Of a stretch of DNA of 64,000 nucleotides, positions 59,061 to 64,000 are shown in pieces (positions within the stretch are counted from its first letter, which is position 1; each line of letters begins with the position of its first letter). The stretch spans positions 48,984-112,983 of IMG/VR virus record IMGVR_UViG_3300032295_004079, one strand, 5' to 3'. Below the pieces are notes generated by a model, which did no database searches, was not told where the DNA came from, and saw only the letters and a list, made by a program, of their open reading frames with translations. This DNA comes from a virus. Its lineage: Duplodnaviria; Caudoviricetes. The position numbers and the translations under genes were made by a program.

Positions 59061-59846
59061 ATGAAATTAACAGCTGAACAAATCCAAGGTAATTGGAATG
59101 AATTTTTGAAAAATATTGATCTATATATTTCTTCTCCTAGAAAAGAAAAATTATTGGCGTTCTATAAAAAATATGAAGACAGGTTGGTTTTAATGCCTGC
59201 CGCTCATAAAAAAGAATACCATAACGCATTTCCTGGAGGGTATGTAGAGCATGTTAATAGAGTAGTACAAGCTGCTATTAAATTATATTCATTATGGGAA
59301 GAGTTTGAAGCAGATATGTCAACCTTTACTACTGAAGAGTTGGTGTTTTCTGCTATTAACCATGATTTAGGTAAAATGGGTGATGAAAACCATGAATCAT
59401 ACATCCCCCAGACAGATCAATGGAGAAAAGATAAATTAGGAGAAGATTATATGTTTAACAACCAACTCCCATTTTCTTCCGTTCCAGATAGAGGATTATT
59501 CCTACTCCAGTCTCATGGTATCCAATATACCTTTAATGAGATGGTAGCTATTCAGACACATGATGGATTATATGATGAGGGTAATAAAAAGTATTTATTA
59601 AACTTTATGCCCGAACAAAAACCTAGAACTTGTCTACCATATATTCTACACCAGGCAGACTTATTGGCTGCAAGAGTAGAATTTGAAAAAGAATGGTTGC
59701 CTAAATTTAAAGAGAAAAAACAAGATAATTTGGAGGAGCCAAAAAAGAGTTTTACATTGAATAATAAAACTAAAACTAATGTAAAAACCAAAGCTCTAGG
59801 TAGTTTATCTAGCGTAGGTTTAAAAAATATGTTAGACGATTTGTAA
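59061..59846 (+). CDS. HD-domain phosphohydrolase
   Basis: YHNAFPGGYVEH, HDLGK, HDG, HQAD. Confidence 0.85.
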   Translation: MKLTAEQIQGNWNEFLKNIDLYISSPRKEKLLAFYKKYEDRLVLMPAAHKKEYHNAFPGGYVEHVNRVVQAAIKLYSLWEEFEADMSTFTTEELVFSAINHDLGKMGDENHESYIPQTDQWRKDKLGEDYMFNNQLPFSSVPDRGLFLLQSHGIQYTFNEMVAIQTHDGLYDEGNKKYLLNFMPEQKPRTCLPYILHQADLLAARVEFEKEWLPKFKEKKQDNLEEPKKSFTLNNKTKTNVKTKALGSLSSVGLKNMLDDL

Positions 59847-59847
59847 T

Positions 59848-60114
59848 ATGATAGAAACTATAATAATTTTAGGAATAATGGTCGTGGTCTTAGGATACAC
59901 GACCATCAACCTTCTGGTCAAAAATGAAAAAGCTGAAGATATAATTGTCTCTCAACAAAAATATATCTCATCAATTTCAGAAATAATTAAAAATTCTGAA
60001 AAAAGAATAAAAGAAATAGACGAGAAAGAAATTTTTAAATCTGATGACGAAATTGGTTGGTTTTTTAACGAACTTAAAAAAATCCAAAATATTCTCTCTC
60101 AGTACAAAAACTAA
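59848..60114 (+). CDS. Membrane-anchored hypothetical protein
   Basis: N-terminal TM; DDEIGWFF. Confidence 0.6.
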   Translation: MIETIIILGIMVVVLGYTTINLLVKNEKAEDIIVSQQKYISSISEIIKNSEKRIKEIDEKEIFKSDDEIGWFFNELKKIQNILSQYKN

Positions 60115-60120
60115 ATTTTT

Positions 60121-60822
60121 ATGATAAAAAAACGAAATAAAAAAAGTAAGAATTATTTTACCCAAGAAACCGAAGATTATATTGTATTATATAATAATTC
60201 AAAGGATTTTGAAGAAAGAAGTAGGATATACGAGAGACATATTCACTATGCTTTTTTTAAATTAACCCAAAATATAATTCACACTTTCAAATTTTACCAT
60301 ACCGAAGTAGAGGAATTAGAACATCTACAACATGAAATAATTACCTTCTTATTATCCAAAATTCATTTATTTGATCCATCCAGAGGAGCTAAAGCATATT
60401 CTTATTTTGGAACTATTGTTAAGAGATGGCTTATATTATATAATACTAAAAATTATAATAAAAAAGTAAATAAAACGGAAATTGGTGAATTAGACAAAGA
60501 AGGTACTTCACATTTTTATACTTTAGAAGATAATTCTAAAAACGAACTAGACAAGTATATAGATTTATATGTTGAACATTGTACCAAAAATATATATAAC
60601 TTTTTTCCTAAAAAAAATGATGCCCAAGTAGCAGATGCAATACTTGAAATTTTTAGAAATAGAGAAAATTTAGAGATTTTTAATAAAAAAGCACTTTACA
60701 TCTACATCCGAGAAATAATTGATGTTAAAACCCCTAAAATAACTAAAATATCTAATCAATTATACGATATTTTTAAAACTAACTATGTTTTTTATCTTGA
60801 AAACGGATACGCTAAATTTTAA
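60121..60822 (+). CDS. Phage sigma factor (gp55-like, probably late)
   Basis: NYFT, region-2-like FDPSRGAKAYSYFGTIVKR. Confidence 0.72.
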   Translation: MIKKRNKKSKNYFTQETEDYIVLYNNSKDFEERSRIYERHIHYAFFKLTQNIIHTFKFYHTEVEELEHLQHEIITFLLSKIHLFDPSRGAKAYSYFGTIVKRWLILYNTKNYNKKVNKTEIGELDKEGTSHFYTLEDNSKNELDKYIDLYVEHCTKNIYNFFPKKNDAQVADAILEIFRNRENLEIFNKKALYIYIREIIDVKTPKITKISNQLYDIFKTNYVFYLENGYAKF

Positions 60823-60855
60823 GTTTTTTTTATATCTATATTTATAACAAAAATT

Positions 60856-61200
60856 ATGGGATCCTTAGATAATGTAGTATTTGGTAAAAAGAAATTTTCG
60901 GATATTTTAAGCGAAATATACGATAACCAAAAACGTAAAGAAAAACAAATATCAGGATTAATTGCTGAATTAAAGCCTCTCATTAGTGATATAGGAGATG
61001 CTACCTTAATTGTTCCACTCATTAAAGAATATTTGGAAATTGGCGTTAAAAACGACGAACAATTAATTAAAATGGCTACTATCATACAGCGTGCGATGAA
61101 TAGTAGTAGTGGTGAAGAATCGATGGGGATTACCGAGGAAGAAAAACAACAATTAATGGAAGAATTAGAAAAAATTAATTCTGATAAGAATAAAAAATGA
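60856..61200 (+). CDS. Hypothetical protein
   Basis: VPLIKEYLEI.VKND.QL.K. Confidence 0.6.
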   Translation: MGSLDNVVFGKKKFSDILSEIYDNQKRKEKQISGLIAELKPLISDIGDATLIVPLIKEYLEIGVKNDEQLIKMATIIQRAMNSSSGEESMGITEEEKQQLMEELEKINSDKNKK

Positions 61201-62465
61201 TAGGAAGTAAATTTGGATTTGCAGGACAAAACCAACCCTACTCCCCAGATTCTTCTTTAGCTATTATAAATAGAAGAATTGAGGATTTAGCTAATAAATT
61301 AATTCCTGCTAGAGTAATTGATGTCATTTTAGATGAAACCCACCCTGATTTTGTAAATTTGGGAGAATGGAATAGTATTGGTATTATAAAATATGAATTA
61401 ATTAATTCCCTTGAAGGAGAACAGGTTATTAATAAAATAGCTAAACCTCTACTAGCAAACATTAAAACTTTTCCATTAAAAAATGAAATTGTATTTTTAA
61501 TAAGACTCCCTGATACAGATTCATTGAGTAATTTAACAGATAATGAGACATATTATTATCTAACGTTAATATCAATGTGGAATCATCCTCACCATAATGC
61601 TTACCCCAACCCTTTAAATGGTAATAATATATCTGAATCTCAAAGAAAAGACTATAAATCTATAGAGGAGGGAAATATACGAAGAGTAACAGATAATTCT
61701 ACAGAAATAAATCTAAATTCTACTAATAATAGTGGAGGAAAATTTGTTGAACGAATTAACATCCACCCTATTTTACCATTTACGGGGGATAACATATTTG
61801 AAGGAAGATTTGGAAATAGTATTAGATTAGGTAGTACTGTTAGATCTAAAAGTCAATATCAAAACAATTGGTCTACTTCAGGAAATGAAGGTGATCCTAT
61901 TATTATAATAAGAAATGGTCAACCAATAAATTCTTCAGATGAAGGATGGTTACCTACAGTAGAAAATATAAATAATGATTTATCTTCCATTTATTTTACT
62001 TCTACTCAAAAACTTCCAATAAGTGTATCAAGCACAAATTACACAGGGATACGCAGTGAATATACACCAATATTTCCTCAGTCTTATAATTTGCCCCAAG
62101 TAATACTAAATTCGGGTAGATTATTGTTGAATTCTACAACTGATAGTATTTTATTATCTTCTAGAAAAGTTATAGCATTATCTGCTATTGAAGATATTGG
62201 ATTAAGTTCTAGAGGAAATATAAGTTTATCAACTAAAGGCATAAGATTAGGTGGATCTGAAGCAAATGAATCTTTAATAATGGGTGATAGTTTTATAACT
62301 CAATTTAACGTATTATTAGATTCTTTATCTCTTTTGTGTGAAGCTTTAACTACTGAGCCTGTTTTAAAAAGTACTCCGTTAGTAGCTGTAGGGCTTAATA
62401 ATACTATTAAAGCTATTAAAAACGTATCTAGTACCTTTACTTCCAAAATTTCTAAAACATTGTAA
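61197..62465 (+). CDS. Probable baseplate hub/spike (gp5-like) protein
   Basis: P...E.V, GD.IFEGRFGNSIRLGS, QVILNSGRL..NS. Confidence 0.6.
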   Translation: MIGSKFGFAGQNQPYSPDSSLAIINRRIEDLANKLIPARVIDVILDETHPDFVNLGEWNSIGIIKYELINSLEGEQVINKIAKPLLANIKTFPLKNEIVFLIRLPDTDSLSNLTDNETYYYLTLISMWNHPHHNAYPNPLNGNNISESQRKDYKSIEEGNIRRVTDNSTEINLNSTNNSGGKFVERINIHPILPFTGDNIFEGRFGNSIRLGSTVRSKSQYQNNWSTSGNEGDPIIIIRNGQPINSSDEGWLPTVENINNDLSSIYFTSTQKLPISVSSTNYTGIRSEYTPIFPQSYNLPQVILNSGRLLLNSTTDSILLSSRKVIALSAIEDIGLSSRGNISLSTKGIRLGGSEANESLIMGDSFITQFNVLLDSLSLLCEALTTEPVLKSTPLVAVGLNNTIKAIKNVSSTFTSKISKTL

Positions 62466-62467
62466 AA

Positions 62468-63928
62468 ATGGGAGAAAATACTCTACTTGCTTTAGCTACA
62501 TCTTATCTTCTTACAGAAGAAGGGAAAAAGCTTGTTGATGGAGGGTTAGATATATCATCTCTTAAATCTCAACTCCAAAATCAATTAAGATCTGTTGCAG
62601 ATTCTACTAATTCTGAAGGAATTGGTTCAAAACCTAATGCAACCCGAGAAGAAAGAAAAAAAATAAGACAAGAAAAAAGACAAGTACAAAAAGATCAAAT
62701 ACAAGAAAAAAAAGATCAAGCAAACCAATATATACCTGAATTAAAAAGTTTTAACATTAAAGGAAGAATATACGATAAAAAAGAAAATCTTCCATTACAA
62801 GGTGTAAAAATAGAAATATTAATTGAAGAACCTGTTTATTTAAAATTAGATGAACAAGGATATTCTACTTCAACTTTAGAAGATGGAACTTTTGAAATTA
62901 ATGTAAAGTTACCTATATTACCTATTGATCAAAAAATTCTTCTACAACCTAAATTTTTATATACTAAAAATGGATACCTCCCAGGAACTCAAGAAATTTT
63001 AACACTTGATAGAGAAGTAAAAACAGATTTAAATCTTTATCCTCTAGTAAATTTAGAAACAGCAGGTAAAGAAGAACTAGCATCTTTAATAAACTCAGCT
63101 AATAGTAAAATACAAGAGGTAAATGCTATAGCTTTAAATCTCCCTGATAAAATAGTAGTAGCTAGGAGAAAAGCTATAATGAATGTTGTAAGTATAATTC
63201 AAACTCGATTATTTCCATTAGCTTTATCTTTATTGCTTGCATTTGGAATTACTAAGTTAACTCAAAAAAATCAAAAAATATGTCCTACTCGAAATTTATT
63301 ATTAAGTAATATAGCTAAAAGAAATAGGATAGTAAAACAATTAAACCAAATATTTGTTTCTGTTGCTTTAAATACAGCTTTAGCTACAGCACTTACACTT
63401 ATAGCTAACCAATTTAGAGCAGGAAGAATACAAATAGCTTCCTTACCTATCCCTTTAATTACCCAACCCTATTCTACAGTTTCAGGATTACAACAAATAG
63501 AAGCAGCACTTAAAGAATTAGAAGAACAAAATAAGGATTTAAACCGTCAGATATTAATTGCTTTAATATTTTTAGTAGCATCTCTAATTATAATATTAGC
63601 TTTACTAAAGGGTATAGATGAATTAACCCAAGAATGTGCCCAAGAAGAAAATATAAGTTTAGAACCTATATCTCAAGAACTAACAAGTTTAACAAACGAA
63701 ACTAGTGAAGAAGGAATAGTTAGTGTAAATCAAATAAATGGATTTACTTTAGAAGTACAAACTATTGATCAAAATGCAGTAGGTAACTTAAAAAGAAGAC
63801 AAGCAGTTGGTAAAAATTCACAAGGTATTGTACTAGTTAAAGGAGACCCATCATTTAGCTCTAGTGATCAAATATTAATTAACGAACTAGCATTTTATAT
63901 TCAATCAAATAATTTAAAAGCATTCTAA
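62468..63928 (+). CDS. Hypothetical, probably virion/baseplate-associated protein
   Basis: Position; carboxypeptidase-regulatory-like strand IKGRIYD...PLQGV. Confidence 0.5.
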   Translation: MGENTLLALATSYLLTEEGKKLVDGGLDISSLKSQLQNQLRSVADSTNSEGIGSKPNATREERKKIRQEKRQVQKDQIQEKKDQANQYIPELKSFNIKGRIYDKKENLPLQGVKIEILIEEPVYLKLDEQGYSTSTLEDGTFEINVKLPILPIDQKILLQPKFLYTKNGYLPGTQEILTLDREVKTDLNLYPLVNLETAGKEELASLINSANSKIQEVNAIALNLPDKIVVARRKAIMNVVSIIQTRLFPLALSLLLAFGITKLTQKNQKICPTRNLLLSNIAKRNRIVKQLNQIFVSVALNTALATALTLIANQFRAGRIQIASLPIPLITQPYSTVSGLQQIEAALKELEEQNKDLNRQILIALIFLVASLIIILALLKGIDELTQECAQEENISLEPISQELTSLTNETSEEGIVSVNQINGFTLEVQTIDQNAVGNLKRRQAVGKNSQGIVLVKGDPSFSSSDQILINELAFYIQSNNLKAF

Positions 63929-64000
63929 AACCATATTTATAACATATACTAATATTATGAAATTAGACATATTAAGAAAAATCATTAGAGAAGAAGTAAA

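Noticed and set aside
1870-61462. Most minus-strand ORFs in the track (e.g. 9032, 9824, 13548, 20927, 38739, 60819)
   Set aside because: Antisense shadows of well-supported + strand genes; only 55493-56349 has its own promoter and credible products.
1-64000. Stop-codon reassignment
   Set aside because: Conserved genes are full length in the standard code and no suppressor tRNA was seen.
1-64000. Retron, DGR, transposase or integrase
   Set aside because: No reverse-transcriptase, DDE or Tyr/Ser recombinase motifs recognised; any recombinase acting on the cassettes or the hsp20 IR would have to lie outside the window or be host-encoded.

Overview
AT-rich 64-kb segment of a large T4-like phage genome, almost all on the + strand. 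The host is probably a Bacteroidota bacterium (inference from TTGG-N19-TAnnTTTA promoters, a GE...YAxAA tmRNA tag, DUF4494 and a Bacteroidota-type TonB receptor). Order: (1) tRNA/tmRNA cluster with structured spacers (1-1360); (2) small ORFs, thioredoxin, queD-queE-folE, a PRTase and a MazG-like gene; (3) replication/chaperone block (split family-B DNA polymerase, clamp, Hsp20, GroES/GroEL, clamp loader, Cas4-like nuclease); (4) ~17-kb glycan island including a DHQ-synthase-like cyclase and a YerE-like ThDP enzyme; (5) TonB receptor + lipoprotein, thyA, signal-bearing lysozyme; (6) a variable small-ORF region punctuated by ten copies of a ~95-bp element with identical internal spacing, often followed by structured leaders; (7) largely non-coding 53.65-55.5 kb with a pseudo-tRNA and many stems; (8) DUF932, GIY-YIG, HD protein, gp55-like sigma factor and the start of the baseplate genes. 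Strongest hunt signals: the fixed-geometry cassettes, a 24-bp inverted repeat bracketing hsp20, a possible nucleotide-level 7-deazaguanine pathway, the cyclase/ThDP sugar pathway and several unannotated structured RNAs. All calls come from motif reading by eye; no searches or folding programs were run.
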